Of a stretch of DNA of 64,000 nucleotides, positions 25,206-37,200 are shown piece by piece. The DNA is from Mobula hypostoma. Its lineage: Eukaryota. The notes under the pieces are model-generated. The model worked only from the letters and a program-made list of their open reading frames with translations. It made no database searches and was not told the DNA's origin. Both the position numbers and the translations under genes were made by a program. The DNA is taken from the NCBI RefSeq assembly GCF_963921235.1, contig NC_086118.1, positions 22,196,001 through 22,260,000 on the forward strand. Reading direction: 5' to 3'. Each line of letters opens with the position of its first letter. Within the stretch, counting starts at the first letter, position 1.

Positions 25206-25749
25206 AGAATGTAATGATAGTTGGAGTTTTAGTAGTCCTTCTCTACACATTGAGGTCATCAAAGCATCTCATTACCTTTCATTAAAGCTTCATATGCAGT
25301 TTATTGTCATTTTCTGCTGAATGATCTGTTTTTCAGTCATTTAGATCATAATACTTCCTGTATAGAGGGTGATAACTATTTCCAGTGAAGCAAAAGATTT
25401 GCAGTACAATAATGTATTACCTAAACATGTTTCCTTTCGCATTAGCTATTACATACTGGTTTGGAATGGTGAGAAACAAGATACATTCAGGCTAAGAAGG
25501 CAAAAAGGAAAAGCCCATGGGACTAACCCTAGTGCCAGGGGACTGTGTTACAAGGAAAGACTAGAAATACTGGGGTAATTCAATCTAAAGCAGAAAAGTT
25601 CACAAAGTGATTTATTAGTGCATTAGTTTACAAAAGATACAAAAAAAGCTAACCCAGTCTATATTTTAAAATGCAGGAATAGGACAAGGAAACATCTAAC
25701 TGAGTAATATGCTGATATTAAGAGTGATATTATCACTGGTTTACACATC

Positions 25750-26372
25750 ACAGTCAGTGCAGATTGGAAATAACAACTCCTACTCACTGACAATCAACAC
25801 TGGCGCACCTCAGGGATGCATGCTTAGCCCACAGCTCTTCTCTCACTACATCTATGATTGTGTAGTTAAGCACAGCCTATAAATGCCGTCTACAAGTTGC
25901 TTCTGTAAAGGCTGAACTTGTTGGTGGAATTTCAGACTCGTGCTCGTGACGTGTTGGGCAGTTTTGACAACCCATTGTAGAACCTTTCTGTCTGCTGCAG
26001 TGCAGTTTCGATACTACACAGTGATGCAGCTTGACAGGATACTCTCTACTGTGGAATGAGGCGAGTATGGATGTGCAAGGTCCAGCTGTTTCCTTCCTCC
26101 TTAGAAAGTACAGGCATTGGACAGCTTTCTTGAGTGAGTAAGATGTGTTCTGGGACCATGAGAGGTTGTGTGTGCCTTCCACTCCCAGGAGTTTGAAACC
26201 ATTTGTAGTTTCCATTGATGTATCGCTGATCTAAAGGTGGGAGTGAGTTGTGCAAATTCTCCTGAAGTTGATGACCATCCGTTTTGTCTTGTTGACATTA
26301 AAGAAAAGGTTATTCTGCTGGCACTAGGCCTTGAGCTCTTGCACCTCTTCTCTGTAGGCCATCTCATCGTCA
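25750..26372. mobile_element. Rex1/Babar RT fragment with an internal inversion
   Basis: 25750-25937(+) encodes TGAPQGCMLSP...VGGISD; the continuation DDEMAYREEV...FKLLG...QCLYFLRR lies on the minus strand, 26372 to 25940. Confidence 0.7.
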
Positions 26373-26419
26373 CAACGTATGCCAGTGATATTGAATTTGA
26401 CTCTGATTCTGCTCTGTAT

Positions 26420-26785
26420 CGAATTGAATTTAATTGACTTTATTACTTACATCCTTCACATATGTGAGAAGTGAAAAAATCTTTACGGTACCACTCCGTC
26501 TAAATGTGCAATGTGTAATTCATAGTAATTTATAATAAATAGTATGTACAACAGGACAGTCAATAGAACATAGAAATACAATTGTGTCAGTGTGAATTAA
26601 TCAGTCTGATGGCCTGGTGGAAGAAACTATCCAGGAGCCTGGTGGACCTGGCTTTTATGCTGCAGTACTGTTTCCCGGATGATAGCAGCTGGAACAGTTT
26701 GTGGTTGGGGTGACTCGGGTCCCTGAAAGTCCTTCGGGTCCTTTTTACACACCTGCCTTTTGTAAATGTCTTGAATAGTGGGAAG
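26420..26785 (-). mobile_element. Rex1/Babar 3' end, same family as 13805-14808
   Basis: Aligns directly with 13805-14175. Confidence 0.8.
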
Positions 26786-27089
26786 TACTTGGATAGTAAA
26801 TGGTTACAATAACAATACTATTTATTAATGATGCTATTTCTCAGTTACCTTTTTAAAAGATTAATATTAATGATTTTTGAACAGATTTTCTAAAATACAT
26901 AATTTATTTTAATCTATCTCTTATAACAATAGTAGCATAGTAAATACACATAACTAAACAACAGGACTCATTGGTTTTCCTTAATAAAGTACATAATTGT
27001 TGTTACTAATTCATTAATCTATGATAATCTCTGTTCTAAATTACTGTGGCACATAAGAGGTATTTTACATTATCATCATTTTCAATAGG

Positions 27090-27430
27090 TTTCAGTAAGT
27101 ACATTTAATGTCAGAGAAATGTATACAATATTCATCCTGAAATTCCTTTTTTCTTCACAAACATCCACAAAAACAGGAGTGCCCCAAAGAATGAATGACA
27201 GTTAAATGTTAGAACCCCAAAAGCACCCCGCAAAGCTCTCCCCCCCAAGCACAAGTAGCAGCAAGGCAACGCCCCCCCCCACCAAAAAAGCATTGGTGCC
27301 CTCCACCAAACACTCAAACGTGCAGCAAAGCATCAGTAAAGACACAGACTACTTGTTCACCCAGTAATTCAACATACCACAGGCTCCCTCTCTCCCTAAT
27401 AAGGGAAAAAATGGTGTCCCCATTTGTGCA
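27090..27430 (-). repeat. 3' part of a non-coding LINE-tailed retroposon
   Basis: Antisense ...aatttcaggatgaatattgtatacatttctctgacattaaatgtacttactgaaacctattgaa (ATTAAA plus repeat tail). Confidence 0.5.
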
Positions 27431-28714
27431 AACTCTCTCAGAAAGATTTGCCGTCCCTGCTAATGGGTGAAGAAATTTACGACAAATATATATCCTCATT
27501 AGTTATTTGATATAACTCTCCTAAAACTTTGCCTTCTGTTTCTAAATCAAATGAAAATGATAGAACGCTTTTCAGGCAGTTAATTTATGACTCTGTACTC
27601 CCCAGCCACTCATAGCGAGAATATTTAGCTCGTATGTCTGCAGATATGATTTTCAGAGTCATCCTACGTTCTCTGATTCCTCTTCAAAATACGCTTTGAT
27701 TGATTTTATTATTCCCACAAGACAAGGGAGACTCAACTCATGTTATTCACAGTCCATAACTGAATTAGTTACCATTGTCTTAAGTAGAGAAACCAACCAT
27801 GTGCATTGAGTACAACAACTGCACTTAAACTAGGCTTTCCCAGTGGTCTGTTTGCTATTTCAGGACTTGGTGATTAGTGACTGGAGAAAATAACAGGAGT
27901 GTTTAGACAACAACTTAAAACAGTACTGAAGTTTGCTTTAAATCAAGTAAATTTGGCACTGCCCACTATGACACCATACTGAGTTCTACTCTTTTAAATT
28001 TTGAAAGTGCTCAGGGGTTGACCTTTATTATAAAGATTTATATATGAAAATCACATTGCTATAACTTTTCAGAAATTGTTTAATTGAAAAGATACCACCA
28101 GACGCAGATACTGCCCTGGGCTTATTTGTTTAAATAAAGAGGCACTGGTATGAATGTCAAAGATTCTGACACAACTCTTTTAAATTGGTCAGTGTCAGAT
28201 TAGTTGAAAAATATTTGACAATTCCTTAAAATAGTTTCAGATAGGAGCCTGCATCAAGCAGATTTTATATTCTGATGTTTATAGCCAATTAGCATTGTGA
28301 AAGTTTTCGTCAGATAACCTTGCTAATAGTAAGTGACTGCTTAAAATGATAAATTAAACTTGAGCCAACAATGTGTCAAAAGTTACTGTATACAGCCAGA
28401 AGCTGATGGATTACAGGACTAACATATTTTACTATCTACTGTACCTATCAAATTAACTGCAGTAATTCAAGGGCAACAGAATAGATGTGTACCATGGTTG
28501 GCAGTATAATAATCAGAAATATCATTAGAGGAGAATTTGAAACATCCTTCTGCTAAGGAAAATTAATGTTACATTGGAATATTATACAGCACGTGCTCAA
28601 GTTAGTTTGAGATATCACTTTGAAAATTCAAAGATGGTTTCTTTAGGAAAGCTAATGCCAAAAACTCTCAATATCCTATAAAAGACTTGCATGCAGAATT
28701 ACTGCCATATAGGT

Positions 28715-29155
28715 ATACCTCATTCCAGACTTTGGTCTGTCTGCATAGAGTTTGCACATTCTTTCTGTAACTCTGTGGTCTCCTGGAGGTGCTTGGGTTT
28801 CCACCCACATTCCAAAAGATGTACGGGTTGTTGTGTAAATTGCAAACTGTAAGTTGCTGCTAATGTGAAGGTGTCTGGGAGAATCTGGGGAGGGATTCAT
28901 TGGTTGCCTTGTGGGGAGATTAAAATATTATTAGCATGAACATAGAACATAGAACTGTACGACACATTTATGACCCCTTCAGCCCATGATTTTCTGCCAA
29001 TCTATATAAACCTACTTTACAATCCATCTAATCATTTCTGTTTTGCACAGCCCTTAACCCTCCAGTTTTCTTACATCCATGTCCCTATCTAAGAGTCTTT
29101 CCAATGTCCCTACTGTACCAGTATCTACCACCAGCCCCAGAAGTGCATTCCAGTT
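28715..29155. mobile_element. V-SINE remnant (+, ~28715-28935) abutting a CR1 3' tail (-, ~28940-29155)
   Basis: ctgtctgcatagagtttgcacattct...gggtttccacccacattccaaaagatgtacggg; then gaacatagaacatagaa CR1 tail. Confidence 0.55.
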
Positions 29156-29868
29156 GTAATAAAGTATGCCTTTAAAATAGAAGTAGTGTGAGTGGATACT
29201 TAATTGCTAATGGAGAACTGGTAGGCCAAAGGGCCTTTGTCCAGGCAGTTAAACTTTACTAGACTTATGACATATTTCCAGCAAGCTATCTGGTAATGCC
29301 ACTACTGCAAACTCCTGCCATCCTCTGCCCCACCCTAGATCATGAGATATATAATCAGTTTTATATTAGTCAATACTACAGAGAAATTTGATTTCCCAAA
29401 TTTATTCAGATTGCATGGAAATATTACATTGGGCTTTTGCATAGATTATACTAGAATTAACATATTATGAGGTAATCAAGAAGGAACCAAGGTACGATAG
29501 GCTGGTAAAGCCTGACGTTGTACAGTTTGCAGGGGGGTTGGAATTTTTAGGGAAGTCTAACCAGTCCAGTCAGAAGTCAAATCCTGATATTAAAAAAACA
29601 CGAATAAGAATATCAGAGGTGGTATAGAACTTTGGAAAAGCAGATTTTGAAGCTTACCTCAGAAGCATGCAGGATACTATGGTTGATGATAAAGTTAGGT
29701 GTTAGGGTATTGTGATTAGTAATCAAAATCAAATGAGAATGTTCACTTCCCAGTGTCCAACTGGAGAAGCTTCTTTCTCCACAACAACTTGATCCCCGAC
29801 ACGACTATTTGATGTACTTAAACTGCACAAAAAAGCAAACATTTAAAAAGAAAGTCTGGAAGTCAATA

Positions 29869-30984
29869 ACAAAAACAACAGGAATACTTCAGATGCTGGA
29901 AATTCAAGCAGCACACATCAAAGTTACTGGTGAACGCAGCAGGCTCATCCTCCCGCCACCCCACTAGGAATAGCGTTTCCCTGGTCCTCACCTACCACCC
30001 CACCAGCCTCCGGGTCCAACATATTATTCTCCGTAACTTCTGCCACCTCCAACGGGATCCCACCACTAAGCACATCTTTCCCTCCCCCCCTTCTCTGCAT
30101 TCCGTAGGAATCGCTCCCTACGCAACTCCCTCGTCCATTCGTCCTCCCTATCCCTCCCCACTGATCTCCCTCCTAGCAGTTATCCGTGTAAGCGGAACAA
30201 GTGCTACACATGCCCTTACACTTCCTCCCTTACCACCATTCAGGGCCCCAAACAGTCCTTCCAGGTGAGGCATCACTTCACCTGTGAGTCGACTGGGGTG
30301 ATATACTGCGTTCGGTGCTCCCGATGTGGCCTTTTATATATTGGCGAGACCCGGCGCAGACTGGGAGACCGCTTTGCTGAACATCTACGCTCTGTCCGCC
30401 AGAGAAAGCAGGATCTCCCAGTGGCCACACATTTTAATTCCACACCCCATTCCCATTCTGACATGTCTATCCATGGCCTCCTCTACTGTAAAGATGAAGC
30501 CACACTCAGGTTGGAGGAACAACACCTTATATTCCTTCTGGGTAGCCTCCAACCTGATGGCATGAACATCGACTTCTCTAACTTCCGCTAAGGCCCAATC
30601 TCCCCCTCGTACCCCATCTGTTACTCATTTTTATGCACACATTCTTTCTCTCACTCTCCTTTTTCTCCCTCTGTCCCTCTGAATATACCTCTTGCCCATC
30701 CTCTGGGACCCCCCCTCCCTTGTCTTTCTTCCCGGACCTCCTGTCCCATGATCCTCTCGTATCCCCTTTTGCCTATCACCTGTCCAGCTCTTGGCTCCAT
30801 CCCTCCCCTTCCTGTCTTCTCCTATCATTTTGGATCTCCCCCTCCCCCTCCAACTTTCAAATCCCTTACTCACTCTTCCTTCAGTTAGTCCTGACGAAGG
30901 GTCTCGGCCTGAAACGTCGACTGCACCTCTTCCTACAGATGCTGCCTGGCCTGCTGCGTTCACCAGCAACTTTGATGTGTGTTG
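29869..30984 (+). mobile_element. 5'-truncated Penelope-like element (Neptune type) with an inverted short pLTR at its 5' end
   Basis: GIY-YIG ORF pieces 29944-30591 with one frameshift; near-identical to 15765-16840; 13-bp TSD ctggaagtcaata at 29856-29868 and 30985-30997; inverted pLTR 29869-29943. Confidence 0.95.
30886..30923 (+). ncRNA. Minimal type-I hammerhead ribozyme, core intact; predicted cut after C30918
   Basis: UAGUC-CUGACGA-AGG gucucgg CCU-GAAA-CGUC/GACUG. Confidence 0.8.
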
Positions 30985-31310
30985 CTGGAAGTCAATAGGT
31001 GATCCAGTAGGGTTGGTCGGTACCATCTGAGAGGAATAATGCTGATAGCGATTTTTGGCATGGTATAAATCATTAGAGTTAGAAAATCTGTGATAGCATT
31101 GCACCAGTGGTAGCTTTATGTGTGCATTTATAACACTACCCTAAAATAAGCATTTCTGATAAGTGGCCAATATAAAGTACAACATATATATTCAACCTAG
31201 TGGTATTTTGTCATCAGTGATCCCTCAGGATTGAAATTTGTCACAATGATAGCTGAGTTCAAGCACTTTTCATCAAATGTTATAAAATTCTACATTGAAA
31301 ACTATGTCAT

Positions 31311-33524
31311 TGGTGGCACTCGCAGACCAGTGCCCAATTTCGGTAGAGTGAATCATTTCATTTTTAGAAAAATATTTGTCTGTTGTTTATTTTGGAAAAG
31401 TCAATAAAAACCCTAGGACACATATAATCACATGGATTTGTGGAGAATTTACTCAGGAATTCAAATAAGTAATCACGTTTTGTATATATTCCATATTAGC
31501 ATCAGTACAGCAGAAAATGTTACCACCCCGCCCCCAAAAGGTAAAAACCTCATTTGGAGAAATTTCTGGAGTTTTATCAATGTCATGATATTTTCCATAT
31601 TGTTGTATCAAATCAAAACAATCTTAAGGTTTTGTCATAGCATATAGAATTACAGTACAATAATTCAAATGTGGAGTTCCACACGGTCATAACCTAGGCC
31701 CCATTTGTTTGTCAAATGAATATATTTAATCAAAGACTGCTTTCCATACTTTGTTTTCCATACTTTCATAACCTATTAATAATCATAATAATTTTCCAAG
31801 TCTTCCACGTGTTCCACATCTTCATCTGAACTTTCTACACTCTATGAGGTGGATGCCCGGTTCTCACAGTCTGCCAGTCTACACATGTCAGTACACCTGA
31901 GGCCATTTGCAATACACATACATCTTGGGAGTGAACATTTTTTTGGACAGTTACAGGCCAGTAGATCCAGGATGGCATTGGGTGCTGGCTGGCCTTCCAT
32001 CCAGTGCACCACCAACTGTTCAGCTTCCTCTTCTCTCTCCATCTTCCATCCTCTGCCAACAGGGCTTGGCACTTGTGGGTCCTTCTCCAAACACCTTCTC
32101 CATATACCAGCCTGGTAGTTGGCTAGCTGTCCCCATCACGGGAGGCGCGCAAAAGCCCAAGTACCACGTTCTCTACCGTGTCAATGTATGATATCCAGAA
32201 TGTGGATAGTTCTCCATTGTTGTGACAGAGGTGTTCCAGAAAGTCTGTCCACAGGGTTATCAACTCAGCTAAGAGTGGACTTTGCAGCAGATTGTTCAAC
32301 TTCTGTTGGTTCGAGTCACTGGCCATGTTGTTCACATGGTCTAAGAATTATTTGATCATCCCACTCCTCTCTGGAACGTTGTCCTTAACCCATGGTGTGA
32401 ACTCTGCCCATGTGAGTCTAATCAGTGCTTCATAGATGTAATTGTGGACCCTAACAGCACGATTGTAGTGTTTACCATCAAGGACTCTATGAAGGACCCC
32501 TCTGCGACAATTCCAGCCTCTATGCATACGTCCTTTAGACCAGCAACCTGAAATCGCTTTCCTCAGATGGCTAAGGCATTACATATGGTATGGAATGTGC
32601 CCATCCTGAGAAGAATGTTGGAGAAGTGCTCTTTGTGCTTCCAGGCAATCTCAGTGGCTTTTGCATAGAGTGCTTGATCCATGACTACCACAATTGTTTC
32701 TAGATGAAATTCCTTTCTGATTAGCTCTGATTGGTTCAAGATTTCAGGTACTGTGGTCAACTCTGTGGCTGGTGAATTAATGGTTGGCAGATACCCAACA
32801 ATATCTTGTGAGATTGGTTCTTGGTCCCTGGTGCTGATATTAAAACCAGTCCAGCTTGGGATTGTCTGATTCTCTGGATCTGTTTGCCTTGCAAGTGTCC
32901 ATACCAGGTTCTTCTTGCAGGCAAGAAGAGCAGCTTCCTTGGTTTCCTGCACACAGTGTTCCCTGGTTGAGCCCACTAGTGCACCTGCTACATATACTTC
33001 CAGTTCTTGATCCTCAATGGTGACTGATCTCTGCTTCGGTTTCTCAATGTGTGAAAACTCAGCTCTTGGCAGATGTGGTCCACAGACAATGGCTTGTATC
33101 ACTATGCCATTGACTCCATGTGACGTACCCATTCTAGTGAGAGTTTCCTCAAGTCTCTCGATATTGTCCCATGCAAGATTGGTGAAGACATGAGGCTTGA
33201 TGGAGGCTGGAAGTACAACTCTCTGGTTGGAGGCTGTTGCTAGCTTTTGGAGACACAGAGCAGTGCCGTTCTCTTCAAGTTGGGAGTAAGACACCCCATG
33301 CCCAAGCCTGTTCAGTGTTTGGATGAACTCAGTGTTACTCATCAGTGTTTTTACTGCATTAGGAAGTAGAAGGTGCTTTGGTGGTATACGTTGACCACGT
33401 GTCACAGCTACTACCGCTGTAATGCTATCACATATTTTTTAGCACTAGGGGTGTATACCTTGCCAAAAATCACTATGAGAATTATTCCCCTCAGATGGTA
33501 CCAGTGGCCCTGGCTTACGGACTA
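31311..33524 (-). mobile_element. Internally deleted Academ-like (AcademX) DNA transposon
   Basis: Transposase motifs LNRLGHGVSY, AWDNI, IPSWTGFN, VGYLP.I..PATE, VVVMDQALYAKA, LRMGTFH, GKHYNRAVR; joined at ~32127 to a C-terminal Cys8/CXC finger (CNCPKKCSLPRCMCIANGLRCTDMCRLADC). Ends are tentative; the right end is CTA at 33522-33524. Confidence 0.75.
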
Positions 33525-33680
33525 ATAAGGATATTTGTTAGTTCTATAGTAATTAAAGTGGCTTTACATTCTTTCCCTACATTTAATGGAAGCTTCAAAG
33601 GGCAGCACTTCGAATGCATATTCAGGTGGCTTGGTATGATGATTACTAATTATTTTATATAAAGGTACACTCTATGCCAC

Positions 33681-33909
33681 GGATGTCAAGATAGTTGTTG
33701 TGACGCATCTACTATGGTAGTGTAGTGGGTGACACTTGTTGCTCTCACTTACAGCTTCCAAGACTGGCTAACAGTCTCATGAGAAGGAGAGCCGAGTGTA
33801 TAAGTCTCCTTGTGCCAATACACAGCCTCTCCAACAGCAAGCCTCATGTAGTGCCTCCTCGCTGGCGACACACGGAAACACCTTTCGGAATCAGGCTGAA
33901 CTACAGAGG
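33681..33909 (+). ncRNA. HDV-like (nested double pseudoknot) self-cleaving ribozyme, probably decayed in this copy
   Basis: P2 CCUC(A)UGUAGU 33842-52 / ACUACAGAGG 33900-09; P3 GCC/GGC; L3 UCCUCGCU; P1-3' GACACAC; P1.1 GG; J4/2 CUGA; P1-5' candidate GGAUGUC at the element's first base. Confidence 0.75.
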
Positions 33910-34279
33910 ACTGGGAAGGGGTCTGGCCCCCGCACATGCAGCATGCAGCTTGGTGCTTGTGAACCAGATTCCTAGTTATGGGTAAATAGCCCTAGTGGGC
34001 AGCCTCAGGAGAGACGAAGGCTATGGGAGTAAACCAAGGCAGCAAATCTGGAGTGGAACCCCTAAGACGGCTGGATGACATTGAACATCCTTCTGGCAGC
34101 TCCTGCAGCCAAGTTGGTGCCAAACTTATTTCCTCATAAGCTTTCCTTTGGACTACACTGCTGAGGTAGAGAGGGGGATCTAGACGACTGGGGATCTCAG
34201 GATCTCCATACCTTCTGTTCAGGCTTGTGATGATCATCATTATTACCCGTTGTCCTTTGAGACAGATGGATGTCAACCA
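33681..34279 (+). mobile_element. ~600 bp non-coding, non-autonomous retroposon with an RTE-like 5'UTR segment and a CAA-type tail
   Basis: 12-bp TSD actctatgccRc at 33669-33680 and 34280-34291; segment gaaggctatgggagtaaacc...aaatctggagtggaacccctaagacgg resembles RTE 5'UTRs as I recall them; no credible ORF. Confidence 0.75.
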
Positions 34280-37200
34280 ACTCTATGCCGCAAACTGTAA
34301 TACACTTTGGCTTGAAACCTACTCCATTCAGTTTTGCACCTCATTTGTTCTTAGACCATTAAGCCATTATTGAAACCAACTACATTGGATGATCAAGGAT
34401 GACCATCTCAGACTTGAAATGTTAACTCCATTTTTCTTCCAAATTTGTGATCTGACTTGCTGAGTATTTCCAGTATTTTCTATTTTGGTTCAGATATTAT
34501 CCCTAAGCTCCAAAGTCTTCAAGCTCAGTGAACCAACTATTAAACTTCAGTTCTACCCAAACAGAGAGAAAGGAAAACTGGATATAATCTATAGTAGGAA
34601 ACTGATCATCAAAATCCCAGTAAGCAATTCATAAGCGTATCTTCTCAGTGTAGGTGAAGTTAGAGGCAGTAGATAATAAAGGAGAAGGAAAACTGGTTAA
34701 CGTTCATTCAAAGCAATTTCATTTAAAAAAGGGTTAATATGCAGTGTTGTTCATTTGGGTTACATTCATATATTCATTTTATGGCTTCATAAATTTGTAC
34801 TTGAGCTGTTTAAAGTTTAGCATTTCAGGTACTCACATATAGGCTCAGTTTTGTCTATTTTTTACTCACTTTGAATTGTCAGGAAATAATCATTATTCAG
34901 ATGGGTTTTTAATATCCTTCCTGTCGGAGTTGCTTCAACTTTGCTTGCTCACTTGTGATGTGAATAGCTGACATGAGATGAAACTGTCCTTCCTGCACTA
35001 ATAAACCTCAATTGTAAAATAATGTATAGGTCAATCCCATATATAATTTATTTCCCCATAAGTATTTTACAGTTTGAGATGGAGAACAGATTAAAAGCCT
35101 TGTGGGTTTTTTTTTTGGTGAACATTCAGGTCAGCTAATAGTCACACAACCTTTCCTGATGGAGTTTGTGTGTGAAGCTGACTTGACAGACCAGCAGTAT
35201 ATTCCAAGAGAATGAAGGAGATAAATATTTTACATTGCACAAAATGTGGTTTTGGCATCTTCCAAAGCAAATTTCTCTCAGTTTGTTTCTGGATTTTAAG
35301 TTTTGCTTCTGTTTTTTTTAAAATTAAGATTTCTACAGGTTCGTGGTTGATCAATGACAGCTGCATATTATCACGTTTATGATTATTGATTGAGGGCCAG
35401 CTGGTGCCATTAGTTGACTGTGTTATACAAAGCAAACATTCATTCGGTCAACTGGCATGACTATTAGCCCTCAGCAGGCTCTGATGTGAGAGGCTGATCA
35501 CCTTTACATGAAGACATATCTGAAATCTATGGGGAGTGCATTTCATTAGCTTCAGTAGTTCAACTTGAAACAAAGCACGTGGCCCATTTAGAAATTTTTC
35601 ATGATAAGTTTTTAAAGAGGGGAACATGTTTAAATTCACTTGATGTTGTAGCTTAAAGTTTTTCCATTGAATGATCAACATGGACCATTGAAGACTTAAT
35701 TATGTCTCCTGTTCCTTGGGTTCATTCATGTTTGCTGTCATTTATTTTTAATATTTAAGAACTGAAGCCAGCTTCCGGGTTTGTTGAGAACTGACTCTTT
35801 TATTTGTTCACCTGAAATTTATATTACCTCCGCATAAACCCCAGAACTAATTAGGAGAGCTTCTCTTCCTGCACCATCGACATAACCTTACTAAACCAGA
35901 GTGGTGTTATTTCTTTGTTGGTCAGAATAAAACTTATTTTGAATGTGTTTCCAGCTTTTCTAAAGCCCAGAACATGATGAAAACGAAAACCAATTTATTG
36001 CTCTCCTTATAATGTACTATGATAATGTGAATGTGTCTAAGAAGAGTATGCTAATATGTTTGTACCAGATGCAGTTACTTCAGTGATTCTTCCCTTTATG
36101 TTACTGTCAAATACATCATAATGTTCTTTCTAAAATGATCTGTTTCTCTCTGCTTTTTTTTTAGTTGACACTTTACTAGATATTAATTGTTAGGGGAACA
36201 TCAGTAAATTACCCAGTCAAACTGATGCAAATATACTGCTTTCCATGACTGGTGGATGCCGGATTGGATTGATTGCTTCCTCCAAGCTGATTTGATGAGT
36301 GGAAGTTAAGTTGTCATTTATTTCTTCAAAGATATTTGTCTGGACAAATTATCAATTCTCATTAGTTGTGCCCTCTCTTGATTGGTGGGGTGTTTAAAGA
36401 TGCTTGCAATGACATTAGATTTCAACCAATTCATTAATTATTTATCTGCATGGAATATTGTCATAAAGGCACTCTATCATTAATAATAATAATCATGAGA
36501 TGATTAAGGCATCAGATTCACAGGTTAAAACTGAATGAATGGAAATTTGATTACAAACTGGAACTAGGTGATCAGGTAATTTGCAAGTTGTGAACAAAAG
36601 CTTCTCTGTGTGTGTGGAAGGGGTTAGTTAGTCTTTACCACTCAGAGTTGCATGAAAAGATGACTTTGATACAAGAGGTAATTTATAATAAACATCTATC
36701 CAGAAATGACCATGTGCCAAGTGTCTATATATGTGTTTAAAATGATCAAATCTTCATTCTTGTGGAGAAAGAAATCCAGACATTTTCAATGTGACCTTCA
36801 GTTTGCTTTTGATTTGTTTTCCTTGGTAGATAACAAATTGTTCTTTTAATAGCCAAAAATGACATCATTTCATTTGTTTGCTTTCAGATGTGCTGGAGTT
36901 TATTATGTTCGCTCTATACGTTCTCCAGCCAAACCAGCTAGCAAATCAAATATTTTCCATCATAAAATAATAGGTGTATGTTTGGTGCAGTGTGAAAAGA
37001 TTATTGATTTACTAGTAATTATTGGGCAATGGACTGAACACATAAAGAATTTATTGCATTTTGAACAAATAACTGCACATAGCCTTTGTGCCAAAGTGCA
37101 TGCCAATCAATGGTTTTCTTTAACCAGAAGGCATTGCTAAGTATTGCGAAATAATTACACTTTTGTGGGATTTGACTCTGCTTTCAAGGTCTTGAAAATC

